Assembly (NCBI GenBank): GCA_964016885.1
Contig: OZ024748.1
Span: forward strand, 26,102,001-26,166,000
Reading direction: 5' to 3'
DNA length: 64,000 nucleotides
Source: Eledone cirrhosa
Taxonomy: Eukaryota
Part shown: one piece after another, positions 27,093 to 42,051 of the stretch
How positions within the stretch are numbered: the first letter of the stretch is position 1
How the letters are laid out: every line of letters begins with the position of its first letter
The notes under the pieces: model-generated
Told to the model about the DNA's origin: nothing
What the model saw: only the letters and a program-made list of their open reading frames with translations
Databases searched by the model: none
Position numbers and translations under genes: made by a program

Positions 27093-27864
27093 TATATGTG
27101 TGTGTGTGTGTGAGTTCATGTGTAAATTATATAGGAAATACGCACACATACACACACATAGATGTACATAGTCATGTATAAAATACAACGGATGTATGCT
27201 CAGTGCATTCTACTTAAATCATTATTTCAAATAATCATTCTCTAATTGTATAGATTGAAGAATTCTTTGAAGTTAGTAAATTTTCTGCAATTCCACTGTC
27301 ACTCTAATTATAATCCTCCTCCCCCTCCTCCTCCTCATCATCATCACCATCATCACCATCATCATCATCTCATGACGTCCTTTCATTTGTTCTAACCCTT
27401 CATTATATATACAACAGAAAAAAACCTCGACCAATCTCAGCTGTTATATGTTCTGTAATTTTTTTTTTCTTTTACGGTTGGATGTATTTTTCCTTTCACT
27501 AACCACCTTACTACGTGTAGTGGGTTTTATTATAGAACTGGACTGATAATAGATAACTTGATTAAGTCCTGATTTTAGGTGCTTGCCCAGACAGTCTTGG
27601 CACACCTAATCTGTCCAGACCGATTTGGGCACTTCCTACTCTGCCCAGAACATTTTGTGGGTTCATACTCAGCCTAGACCACTTGGATGTCATATCTTTA
27701 TGAGAAATACTTTGGATGATTATTGCGAAACACTATGTAGTAACAGTAAAAACAAATGCACACCTTACTCTCATACATTACTATGTCCTCATACTAGTTA
27801 GAAAACAATTGTTCTATTGTTATAACTCAGTCCTGCTGTCGTTATAGCTATAAACCATCTATGC

Positions 27865-29430
27865 TATAGTTATAAAACAGTTACACTATAGTTTTAAACT
27901 AGTCACACTATAGTTATAAAACAGTTACACTATAGTTTTAAACTAGTCACACTATAGTTATAAAACAGTTACACTATAGTTTTAAACTAGTTACACTAAT
28001 AGTTATAAAACAGTTACACTATAGTTTTAAACTAGTTACACTATAGTTATAAAACAGTTACACTATAGTTTTAAACTAGTCACACTAATAGTTATAAAAC
28101 AGTTACACTATAGTTTTAAACTAGTCACACTAATAGTTATAAAACAGTTACACTATAGTTTTAAACTAGTCACACTAATAGTTATAAAACAGTTACACTA
28201 TAGTTTTAAACTAGTCACACTAATAGTTATAAAACAGTTACACTATAGTTTTAAACTAGTCACACTAATAGTTATAAAACAGTTACACTATAGTTTTAAA
28301 CTAGTCACACTATAGTTATAAAACAGTTACACTATAGTTTTAAACTAGTCACACTATAGTTATAAAACAGTTACACTATAGTTTTAAACTAGTCACACTA
28401 ATAGTTATAAAACAGTTACACTATAGTTTTAAACTAGTCACACTAATAGTTATAAAACAGTTACACTATAGTTTTAAACTAGTCACACTAATAGTTATAA
28501 AACAGTTACACTATAGTTTTAAACTAGTTACACTATAGTTATAAAACAGTTACACTATAGTTTTAAACTAGTCACACTATAGTTATAAAACAGTTACACT
28601 ATAGTTTTAAACTAGTCACACTATAGTTATAAAACAGTTACACTATAGTTTTAAACTAGTTACACTAATAGTTATAAAACAGTTACACTATAGTTTTAAA
28701 CTAGTCACACTATAGTTATAAAACAGTTACACTATAGTTTTAAACTAGTTACACTAATAGTTATAAAACAGTTACACTATAGTTTTAAACTAGTTACACT
28801 AATAGTTATAAAACAGTTACACTATAGTTTTAAACTAGTTACACTATAGTTATAAAACAGTTACACTATAGTTTTAAACTAGTTACACTATAGTTATAAA
28901 ACAGTTACACTATAGTTTTAAACTAGTTACACTATAGTTATAAAACAGTTACACTATAGTTTTAAACTAGTTACACTAATAGTTATAAAACAGTTACACT
29001 ATAGTTTTAAACTAGTTACATTATAGTTATAAAACAGTTACACTATAGTTTTAAACTAGTCACACTAATAGTTATAAAACAGTTACACTATAGTTTTAAA
29101 CTAGTTACACTATAGTTATAAAACAGTTACACTATAGTTTTAAACTAGTTACACTATAGTTATAAAACAGTTACACTATAGTTTTAAACTAGTTACACTA
29201 TAGTTATAAAACAGTTACACTATAGTTTTAAACTAGTTACACTAATAGTTATAAAACAGTTACACTATAGTTTTAAACTAGTTACACTATAGTTATAAAA
29301 CAGTTACACTATAGTTTTAAACTAGTCACACTAATAGTTATAAAACAGTTACACTATAGTTTTAAACTAGTTACACTATAGTTATAAAACAGTTACACTA
29401 TAGTTTTAAACTAGTTACACTATAGCTATA
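27865..29430. repeat. AT-rich satellite, 44/45-bp dimer of two 22-bp subunits
   Basis: CTATAGTTATAAAACAGTTACA alternates with CTATAGTTTTAAACTAGT(C/T)ACA; degenerate monomers continue to ~29740. Confidence 0.95.
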
Positions 29431-29742
29431 AAACAGACATGCTAAAGTTATAAAATAAATATACTATAATCATAAAACAGTTATGTCATAGTTATAAACA
29501 GTTATACTATAGCTATAAACAGTTATGCTATAGATATATAAAAGTTATGCTATAGTTATAAAACAGTTATACTATTGTTATAAAACAGCCATGTTATAGT
29601 TATAAAGAGTTATATTTAGCTATAAAATAGTTACACTAAAGATATAAAACAGTTATACTATAGTTATAAAACAGATCTATTATACTATAGTCATGAAGCA
29701 GGTATACTATAGTTATAAAACAATTATAATATAGCTAAAAAC

Positions 29743-30005
29743 CAGGGCCGGATTTAGATTTGATGAGGCCCTAAGCTATTTGAGATAATGTGGCCCTTTA
29801 TATGTTATAAAAAATGTTATAAAAACTGCAAAACGTTCAATATTAAAGCAGAAAACTGTTTAAAACTATTGCATTATTTTAGTTCTTTTTTATCTTATAT
29901 TTTGGAAATGTACACACCGTTTTTTCTTTCAATTTTTTTCGGAGCCCCAAGAAAGTGGGGGCCCTAAGCTATAGCTTGTTTAGCTTATACGTAAATCCCA
30001 CTCTG
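29743..30005. mobile_element. hAT-type MITE
   Basis: Perfect 8-bp TSD CTAAAAAC; imperfect TIR CAGGGCCGGATTTA / CAGAGTGGGATTTA. Confidence 0.85.
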
Positions 30006-30514
30006 CTAAAAACAGTTATAAACATGGAAAAAAAGTGGATGCATGCCTACAAGAAGTAAACGTACTTATTACAAGAAGCAGAGTGATATAATATTTAATT
30101 GAAGGTGAATATATTTAAGCTGAATATAACACATAGCAACATGTACAGAGACGGCTTCTTTTTAATTAAATGTGATGTCAAGTAGAGTGAACTACAGTAT
30201 TTAACGTACTAAATACGTTTTAATTATGATTTTAGTGTGGAATGGGTGAAGAAGCCAATTAAAGTGGCAATATATCAAAAGATTAAATTTAAGTAAAAGT
30301 GAAAGCGACAAAAATAAGTTAAAAGACGATAGAAAGAGGGAATTTGATTAATGAAGAAGAGGAAGAAAGAAACATTATTAAATGTGTTGATAGAATGAGT
30401 TTGTTGTATAAGTTAACACCAATGTTGATTGAGCAGATCTATGATGTAAGGCATACTTCCTAGAAGCCATTTGGTGAATGTTTTGGATCGTAAATCTGTT
30501 TGAAGGTGGATTTA

Positions 30515-30655
30515 AACAACAACAACTACAACAACAACAACGAGGACGATGACAACAACAACTACAACAACTACAACAACGACAACAACAACAGCAACGA
30601 CGTCGACAACAACAACAACGACAACAGCGATGACGACGACGACGACGACGACGAC

Positions 30656-30689
<34 letters not shown>

Positions 30690-30857
30690 ACAACAACAAC
30701 GAGGACGACGACAACAACTACAACAACGACAACAACAACAACAACGACGACAACAACAACGACAACAGCGACGACGACGACGACGACAACAACAACTACA
30801 ACAACAACAACAGCAACGACGACGACGACGACGACAACAACAACAACAACGACTACG
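30515..30857. repeat. Compound (AAC)n/(GAC)n microsatellite
   Basis: Direct reading; explains the poly-N/D and poly-T ORFs. Confidence 0.95.
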
Positions 30858-31911
30858 AGAATTAATAAACAGGAAGAAAGAAAAAAAGAGGAGTCGGAGA
30901 AGAAAAAATAAATTGATTTCTAATTTTCACAAAAGGCCTGTGATTGAGGGGGTGAGGAGGAGAGGATCATCTCGACCTCAGTAAATGACTGGTACTTTAT
31001 TTTATCAACTTCGAGAAGAAGGATGAAAAGTAAAAGTTGACTTCGGATGAATTTGAACTCAGAAGGTAAAGAGCCGGAACAAAAAACCGCAAAGTATTTT
31101 GTTCGACGCTCTAACGATTCTGCCAATCCACAGCCCTTTAATAATTGTTTCTACTTTTAGCACAAGGCCAGCAATTACCTAGTGCATTACTGGTACTTTA
31201 TTTTATCGACTCCGTAAGGATGAAAGCAACGTTAACCTCGGCGGGATTTGAACTCAGATGGTAAAGGGCGTAACTCTATGCTGCAAAGCATGGCGTCCGA
31301 CCCGCTACCGATACTGCCGAGTCCTAATTTAGGCACAAGGCCAGTAATTTTGTCGGAGATGGGAAAGTCGATTACATGAACCTCAGTATTTAACTGGTAC
31401 TTTGAGTTATCATCGACTCCAAGAAAGATGAAAGGCAAAGTTGACTTCAATTTGAAGAGAGCCGGAAGGAATACCAAGAAGCATTCTGTCGGACGCTCTA
31501 ACTAATCTGCCACCCTACCACCTTTCTTACCAATGATAAGTCACGTTTTCACGGATCAGTTGATTGAAATTATCACTGGGAATTCAGCAGGACTGGTTGG
31601 TATGGCTGGTGATGTCGATTTAAAAAAGACTTTGATAATTTGTTAGAGAGAAATGGCAAGGAGTAAGACGAAGAGAGAACATTTATTACACACGAGGGAT
31701 GTTGTAAACACCATATAAGTGTAAATGGTCCCGCAAAATTATTAAATACATGGGGTGGGGTAAAGAAATACAAATTATAATTTAGGGGATTACATTTGAT
31801 TAAAGTTTATAACTATTCTAATAATTCTTAAGTGGTTTAGCGCAGAACTTGACAGATGGCTCGCCTTTTTAGTGAAGGAGATATCTACACACACACACAC
31901 ACACAATATAT

Positions 31912-31955
<44 letters not shown>

Positions 31956-32390
31956 TTAAGCTAACGAGGTATCGCTTAAGGCAATCCAAGTAGAGGTTAT
32001 TAGACCAATAAAACATTTGTTAATACTTGGAATAAACCCTACTTTATAGCTGATCGGTGTTATTCTTCATCCCTATATATATAAATGAAGTATTTGTAGG
32101 CTACAGAGCTTTTCAGTTATGTAATAATTTGCCGATTAATTAATTAATCAATTAACTATATTGACAAACATGTAAATTACAATTTCAAAATCTACCCAGG
32201 AAATAAACTTTTAGACTTGAGGAATATTTGTCCCATATATATATATATATATATGGAGCGTGTTGGAGTTAAACACCCTCTTCGTATTATAGAAATGACA
32301 GTAAAAGGTATAGCTCAATGTAATTAAACAGAGCCGAAGAATTATGAAAATAAAACAAAGAAGCCTTCAATACATCAAAAGTCTTTATTA

Positions 32391-32428
32391 GCCAACAATG
32401 TTTCGTCCTATTAAGGACTCATCAGGGC
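32391..32428 (-). ncRNA. Canonical-core hammerhead ribozyme motif
   Basis: GCC-CTGATGA-GTCC-TTAATA-GGAC-GAAA-C-ATT-GTT-GGC. Confidence 0.78.
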
Positions 32429-32953
32429 AATCAAAACCACAAGAAGTACTATCGGCCAATACAAGCCGAAAATATATATATATATAAAATATATATATAT
32501 ATATAAATTTGAATACATAGAAGAAAAACGTACTTTATGTAAACATGAAAACCTTAGGCACTATTCCAGCGAAATAATTATATGTGAGCTCTGTGTCATC
32601 TGTTATCCCATGTAACAACAGAAATCCAGTCTAGGTATAAATTTTTTTGACAACAGTAAAACCTTTTGTTTCAAGTAATTGACATAAATAACCGAAACTT
32701 TTTTAATGTCTCCAAAGGCCCCAATTTCGATTTTTGAAAGCCTTTGTAGATCATGTAGATTGTGCAAGGAGAAGCTCTGTAAAAAATTTCAAAGAAATTG
32801 CATGAATGGTTTAGATTCTAAACCATATATTCTAAACTTTAGAATATATGAGCCCTCATTAAAAGTTGTCCACACACACACACATGGAAAACTTCAGCTT
32901 TATATATATATACATACACACACATATATATATATATGTATTCCGTTTCTTAT

Positions 32954-33024
<71 letters not shown>

Positions 33025-33216
33025 CTTGGGGAGGGTCATGTTGTTGTAATAATATTGCCAGAAATAATAACAGAACACACTCACTGTTTGGTTGGTTTTC
33101 GCTTCTGTATCTTTTAGATCTCCATAGTTAATTTATTTGGCAATCAATGTTTATCATTGACTGACCAACGGTTAAAAATACAGATATAAATATATATATA
33201 TATATATATATAATCT

Positions 33217-34155
33217 ATCAAAGTTTTTTCGTTGCACATCTGCAACATCATCAGTGGTACTATTATCATGTAATGTTTACGCCATTTTTATTTTATTTAT
33301 TTATTTCTTCTTGTCTCCGTCTCTGCGCATGCTTTTGCGTGTGTGTATAGTGTTTGGCGTGTGTGTTCGCGTTTAAGTGTATGTGTTTTGGTTTTTGTAT
33401 TCTATCTTTGTTTACTAGTGTGTTTATATGTGTTTGTTGTTATTGTACTTGTGTATATATATATATATTTATTTATTTATTTATATTTCCCTTAAGTCAG
33501 TATTGTTTGTTTGGGTATGGTTGTTGTTGTTATTCCATTCATTTTTTTCTGTTTAATTTTGGTCTTCTAAGCTCTATTTCATTTGCTTCTCTGATTTGCC
33601 TACCTGTTGAGTCATTTCTATGTTTAGATATTATTTTAATTTCTATGTTGTCTATATTACCGTCATGTCTTTGTCTGGCGTGTTCGTATAGTACTGAACC
33701 GTTTTTTTTGTCCTTTTAGTTCCCCCTGTGTTGGTCTATTCTTTCTCCTATGCTTCGAGCTGTCTCACCTATGTATGTCATTGTCATGTTTCTGCAAGTA
33801 CCCTCTGTACATCTTATGCTATAGACTACATTTCTAATTTTACAGTTTATCTGGGGGTTCATTTCGCCACGGTCTGTACTGTGCTCAAATCTATTCATAA
33901 GGCACCTATTGTCATCCGTCGTAATGTCCATTTTCATTCGTGTAAAGATGTTAAAAGGTATATAATAACGATAGAAAATAATTTAAAAAAATGTATTTTT
34001 CGAAAATTTTGAAGCATTTCCTTTTTTTCTTTGGAACATATATGAGGAGTTTGTGGGGTCTTCTTAATCTGGAATAACTTACATACAATTGACCATATAG
34101 AAATAGCCCTCTTCCAGATGGAGATCGACAACCTCCAGTGTTTGACCTTGGGACA
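33217..34155 (-). mobile_element. Decayed Penelope 3' part (GIY-YIG) with a downstream hammerhead-like motif at 33217-33258
   Basis: NVVYSIRC...YIGETARSIGERIDQH; further 3' CTGATGA-T-GTTGCA-GATG-TGCAAC-GAAA next to (TA)n. Confidence 0.72.
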
Positions 34156-34159
34156 TATT

Positions 34160-34530
34160 AAATGTCATTGTGTAACTGACTCTCACTGATAATTACAATC
34201 ATTTGAAACGAAAAGGGGACATCTTTTGGTATTATTCTAGGTATAAATACGATGTGTCCCTTACCACATCCAGTGAGAAGTTTGGCTTCAATAATGTGAG
34301 GCTGTTGTTCAGTCACAACTATACACATTCCATTACACAATCTTGGTTGATCCAGGTTTCTGAGAAACATGGTGGCTGTTGTTCAGTCACAACTATACAC
34401 ATCCCATTACACAATCTTGGTTGATCCAGGTTTCTGAGAAACATGGTGGCTGTTGTTCAGTCACAACTATACACATCCCATTACACAATCTTGGTTGATC
34501 CAGGTTTCTGAGAAACATGGTGACTGTTCC
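34160..34530 (-). pseudogene. Helitron/PIF1-like helicase fragment with a 74-bp triplication
   Basis: LRNLDQPRLCNG...IIEAKLLTGCGKGHIVFIPRI; 74-bp unit starting at 34300, 34374 and 34448. Confidence 0.78.
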
Positions 34531-34830
34531 CTTCTTCAATTCATCTTTAGCTGTAGGGGCCTGTGTGTCTAATTGTTTTTGACTGCTTTTATATCCATTC
34601 TCCAACAGGCCGATATCTTCTGCATATTGAAAGTCCCCTGGGGGCTTTAATAGCCGCCTCTATTTCAACCACAATGTTAATATTGAAATCATGTTCAATG
34701 AGGAGAATTTCTCTATTTGCTAACTGGAGGTACATTTGCAACTCTATTTTGTATCATGCTACATTAGTGCTGATGTTAATTAAACCTAGCCTGTCAAGTC
34801 TGCACTATATATATATATATATATATATAT

Positions 34831-35116
34831 CAGGGGCGAAGGGTGCGTGCATACAACGCATGCAGTGCATGCGTTGTAGAATCTTCAGTTGATCAATTGC
34901 GTCGGTTGAAGCAAGCAGAATTTTGGCTGCTTGCTAAACCGTAGACACATAAAAAGATAAACACACACACACACACACTAGATAACGCTACGTGCGGCTT
35001 TGACCGGGAGGGTCATTTAGAGGGAATTGGGGGGGGGGGGTAAGGCTGCACAGCCCCACTTTCCGCCATGGCGATTGAACTGCATGCCCTGCTTTCCAGG
35101 TTACCCTTCGCCACTG
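34831..35116. mobile_element. hAT-type MITE inserted in (TA)n
   Basis: TIR CAG(G/T)GGCGAAGGGT at both ends. Confidence 0.75.
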
Positions 35117-35123
35117 ATATATA

Positions 35124-35360
<237 letters not shown>

Positions 35361-35514
35361 GTATATATGTATATATATATATATATATATGCATATACAA
35401 ACAAATGAATTTACACACATATATATCTATATATCCTTATATATATATATATCCTTATATATATTATTCAAAATGTTAACAAATGAAAAATATTCTCATA
35501 ATCAAAATATATAC

Positions 35515-35574
35515 TTTATTATATATATTTCAAAGGTACTGTGTTGTTTTTTCAGTACGTCCTCATCAGACAAA
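35515..35574 (-). ncRNA. Hammerhead-like motif (family of 8123/8326)
   Basis: TTTGT-CTGATGA-GGAC-GTACTG...CAGTAC-CTTT-GAAA-TATATATA-ATAAA. Confidence 0.6.
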
Positions 35575-35633
35575 ATATATGATTTGATATATGACATACC
35601 GCTACGGTCTTGATTATTCAATGCCAATATTGG

Positions 35634-35687
<54 letters not shown>

Positions 35688-35797
35688 TAAAATAACAGAT
35701 TAAAGTTTAAGCAAAGAATCGCTGCTTTTACCCTTAACGGGATCTTCTGAAACTTATCGAGCCCTCTTTGGATTTTAGTCTTCAAATTTATTATTAT

Positions 35798-35860
<63 letters not shown>

Positions 35861-35863
35861 TGA

Positions 35864-35912
35864 GATTCTACAGGACGAGAACTGTTTCATTCTTTAGAAA
35901 TCATCAGGAATC
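35864..35912 (-). ncRNA. Isolated hammerhead motif flanked by (TA)n on both sides
   Basis: GATTC-CTGATGA-TTTC-TAAA-GAAT-GAAA-CAG-TTCTCGTC-CTG-TA-GAATC. Confidence 0.75.
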
Positions 35913-37022
35913 CTATATATATATATATACACACACAGAGAGGGAAAAGTAATGAAAGAGAGATATAAGAGAAATTAGAGAGAGAAAGTTATACTATACA
36001 GACCCCACCCTCCGCTCCATATCTTTCTCCACTGTTACAGTAGACAAATATTCTCTATATATAACCAATGCAATGTAGCAGTTGTTTCTGTTGTTTTTAC
36101 TGGTTTTAGATTTCACTGAATATTTTCTAAAACCCAATTTACTAGAAATTGCACAGTAACTGCAGAGTATTTCTATACTGCTTAGAAGAAATATCGCATG
36201 TTGAGCACTGTACTGTCAATAGATCCTATATGCAACATTATCCAGCATGGGTTGGACAAGAAATACAATTGACAGATAAAAGAATTTATTGTTGAATAGA
36301 AAGTATACTATAATGAAAGTATTTTTTAAAAAAATGGATTAAAATAATAAGAGAGAAGACAAGAGAAGGGTGAAAGAAATAATTAAATAACGAAAAATAG
36401 GGAAAGAGGAGTGGAGGACTCTCCATCTTTGGCTAGGCGGTATATCTCAGCTGCGCCCCTTGGACAGAGAACAACCAACGACACCCCCTCCAACAGTCAT
36501 TCCACTTCACTAGACTCCTTCCGTAGCCGAGATGCACTCCTCCCTATTTTGCTGAAAAAAACAAAACAAAAAAAACAAAAAAAACACAGTCCGTGGCCAG
36601 ATACGGGAGGTTTCGACGGCCAATGCTAGACTAACGGAAAAATAAAGGGAAGAGAATGGGACGTGTGTGAACGGACGAAATCTATTTCGACTGTCAATAA
36701 AATAAATTAGACATAAAAATTAAAACTGGAAAAGGATCTTTTGACTGAGACAACACAGCAACAAATACAGCGAGTTAGTTAAAGTCTGTTCTAAGCCGAA
36801 GGCTCATCAGGCCGAGGATTATCCCTAGTTTCCTTGGGATTAAACGACTAAGAGTACCTGACTCTCCCTGGACAGGATGCTGGTCTATCGCAGGTTTAAC
36901 TCACCAACTACTGCTGGTATTCAATCTCAGCTGAGTGTACTGGAGCAACGTGAAATTATGTATTTTACTTAAGAACACAACGTAACCCCTTGTTCAGGAA
37001 TCGAACCGACGACATTATTATG

Positions 37023-37205
37023 TGGCAGTATCGGTAGAGGGTCGGACGCCATGCATTGACGTATAGAGTTACGGCCCTTGCCATTCTGAGTTCAAATCCC
37101 GCCGAGGTTAACTTTGCCTTTCATCCTTACGGGGTCGATAAAATAAAGTACCTGTAATGCACTGGGTAATTGCTGGCCTTGTGCCAAACGTAGAAACAAT
37201 TATTA
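37023..37205 (+). mobile_element. tRNA-derived SINE nested in an older SINE
   Basis: A and B boxes plus the central domain; ATTATTATG direct repeat at both junctions. The host SINE continues on either side. Confidence 0.82.
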
Positions 37206-37539
37206 TGATAAGTTCAACATCTCAACCATTAGGATAATAAATGTTGGAAGAAGTATTGAAAACTTATATCTGAAAATGAGTACATGCAATGAAGGACAGA
37301 AAATAGCATCCAGTACGGCGTACCAAAAAAGAAGACATATTTGTATAATATTTTGATTTAGATTTGCATTACTCAACGTTTCACAGACGTAGCTAACACG
37401 TCTGATTGTTCAGACGTTTAATACAGACATGTCTTTTACATCTGTGAAACTCTAAGCAATGCACTTCTGAGCCAACCTGTTAATTCAAATATTTAAACCA
37501 GACGTATGTTGAGTGTTTTTTCTTTCGCTTGTACATCTA

Positions 37540-37599
<60 letters not shown>

Positions 37600-40422
37600 T
37601 GTGTGTGTGTGTGTGTTTCTGTCTCTCTCTCCTCATACATACATGCGCAATAGTATATATCTACACATGATGGGTCGTCAGCCGTATTGGTAACAGTTAC
37701 ATAGATAAGCGGTATAATTTCTTCTGGAAATGTGCTGAGAAACCCAGCCAAGAATTGAGGATAACTGCCAAATATTTGATAGATAAAAAAATATAAAAAA
37801 TTCAAAATCTTCAATCCTACACCTTAAGATAGAAAATGTAGCACATTTTAATAAATAAATAAATAAATAAATAAATAAAAATCCAAATTATTGCAAGAAA
37901 TATCTACAAATTTCTTACAGGACTTGAAAACGCTCCGAAACGCTAAAGACAAATAGACAACAGCAAAGATGGCAGGATGTATTCGCACCTTAACAGATAA
38001 GAAATATTCCAGTTAAACCCATAAGAAGTAGAGTATCTTATCGAAAATTTGAGATGATAATGTCTCTCCACCTCTACGAATCCTGATTATTCTGAAACAT
38101 TTCTAGTCCTTGTTAGCGTTGTGGTATTCAAAATGAATACACGCAATGTTTGTACAACCGTTCATTTAGCTACAAAGTTCAATACGAATAGTGACGTTGC
38201 CATCGTTGATGTTGTTTAACCTTAGGCCAAATCTTATTGAGAGGATCTACAATCAAAAGTGTACAGGCAACAGACATATCATCGATTATTACAAAGATTT
38301 ATCTACATTAGCCTATAATCTATATAGGCCTCAATTAATGGTCAGTTGTACAGAGAGATTAGTCGATATTCCTGCCATATAACGCCGATGATCGCCCTCT
38401 GGATCAATCATTCTAGTTAACGCTAATCGAGGAAACCTGTGATCACAGGCATTCCGGTCGCGACCATCCCGTCATTGCAGACAGCATATCAAGGACTACA
38501 TACAATATACAACGTATTTTTCTTTCCTTTTTATTTTTTCAAGACGACAGGGTGTGACTTGAGGAAGGCTGGTAGCTACATTTTATTAATAATTCACTCA
38601 GTGATCTCTTAATTGGTTTTTAATTAAGTTAATTACGAGGAGGACGAGTAAAAGAGAACAACGCCGCCTATTACCTATCCCGTAACCTGAGACGAGAAGT
38701 TGTTGTGACCATATTTCTCAAGTAAGCATACTGTGTTCATTGAATCAAAGTTAACAGGAAGGGACGAGAAATTAACATTTTTATTTTCACTTCACTGTTC
38801 AAAAGATAACGCCCAAAGTTCAACATCAAATGACGGCCTTGTTAACCATGGGCAATAAATAAATAAATAAATAAATAAATACAATAAACAAAGCGGTTGA
38901 CTTAAGAAGCATTGGGAAAATTCGAAATTTGAAATGTGTGTGTCCCAACGCAAATGACTATGATTTCTACTATAGACACAAGGCCAAAAATTCTGGGGAG
39001 AGAAGAAAGTCTATTAATTCGACCCCAGTGTACTACTGGTGCTTTAATTTATTGTCCCGGTAAGGATGAAAGACAAAGCTAACCTTGGCAGGTTTAGAAC
39101 TCAGAAGATAAAGGGCCGTAACTCTTTGCCGCAAAGTTTGTTGTCTGACACTCTACCGATACTGCCAATCCTCCACCGACTATAACAATGATCTCTACTA
39201 TAGGCACAGGGCCAGCAATTGTTGGGGGGAGGGGCAGTCGATTAAATAGACTCCAGTGCGTTACTGGTCCCGTAAGGATGAAAGACAAAGCTAAGCTTGG
39301 GAGGTTTAGAACTCAGAACGTCAAGGGCTGTAACTCTATGCCGAAAAGCATGTTGTCCGACGCTCTACCGATACTGCCAATCCACCGACCACGACTATAA
39401 TAATAACTGTTTCTACTTTGTGGCACAAGTCCAGCAATTATCTCAGTGTATTACTGGTACTTTATTTTATCGACCCCGTAAGGATGAAAGGTAAAGTTAA
39501 CCTCGGCGAAAATAGGGTAAATTATTCATGGAAATAAAAAATGAATAAATAATTAAAGTGGCTAAGGCACTGCATCCGAGAGATACTGGGTTCGACCCTC
39601 GTAGGGGTCTCTGTCCACCTTTGCCCTGTTTCCAAGGGTGCTTGACCCGGTTTTCTCAACTATTATTTACAACCATCGACTATTAGGGTCGGACGCCATG
39701 CTTTGACGCATAGAGTTACGGCCCTTGTCATTCTGAGTTCAAATCCCGCCGAGGTTAACTTTGCTTTTTATCCTTACGGGGTCGATAAAATAAAGTACCA
39801 GTAATGTACTGGGATAATTGCTGGCCTTGTGCAAAAAAGTAGAAACAATTATTACTATTATGAACATTTGCGTTGACACACACACGCACACGCACACACA
39901 CACTCACACACACGCACACACACACACACACGCACGCACACACACACACACACACACACACGCACGCACTCACACACACACACATACACACACACACACA
40001 CATACACACACACAGTTCAAATTTTGAAATGAAATAAATAAAACTATAACGCAGTACGTTTATATGGAATCTGTGATATTATATTATTTCCAAGAATTAA
40101 TGCCTTAATCCATTCAATTGTACATTATACTAAAATATCGACTAACCATACAAAATGTTCCGCGCCTAAATATCAGATTGTAAGATCTTTATATCATTCC
40201 AGTGATTAAATTCCCAAGCGAGATATTCACTGAAATAATACACGGACACCGCCAGCCATGTGCTACGCCAGCAAAGCCCAATAAACACTCGCGTGCAAAT
40301 ATGCGCATACACATAATTGTACGCATATGCGTATATACATGTTTGTGTGTATGTGTATATGTGTGTGTACATGTATGTATATGTGTATGTATGTATGTAT
40401 ATATATGCATACACACACACAA

Positions 40423-40504
<82 letters not shown>

Positions 40505-40581
40505 CGTAGGTCCCGGGTTGAGTCGGGGATAACCACAGTAAGTAAGGTACTCAATACATGGCAGAGTAAAATTTTTTATTT

Positions 40582-40695
40582 TATAGAAGGAGCTTCTACA
40601 GGACTTGTACTGTTTCATTCAGATGAAATCTTCAGGAAGCTCTGAAGATTTCATCTGAATGAAACAGTACTAGTCCTGTAGAAGCTCCTTCTATA
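40582..40695. ncRNA. Palindromic double hammerhead
   Basis: Near-perfect inverted repeat. The minus strand (40591-40641) reads AGCTTC-CTGAAGA-TTTC-ATCT-GAAT-GAAA-CAG...CTG-TA-GAAGCT; the same core is on the plus strand. Confidence 0.75.
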
Positions 40696-40828
40696 TATTA
40701 TATATATATATGTGTGTGTGTATATGTGTGTGTACATGTATGTATATGTGTATGTATGTATGTATATATATATATGCATACACACACACATATATATATA
40801 TATGTGTGTATATATATATATAAACATA

Positions 40829-41960
<1,132 letters not shown>

Positions 41961-42051
41961 ATATGCGTGTGTGTGTGTGTAGTGTCCTTATTTGCGCTTA
42001 CGGGTGTATAGTTATAATGAAATAAAGTATCAGACATTAAACCATATTATT

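Noticed and set aside
30500-30911. Poly-Asn/Asp and poly-Thr ORFs
   Set aside because: (AAC)/(GAC) microsatellite with no splice or homology support.
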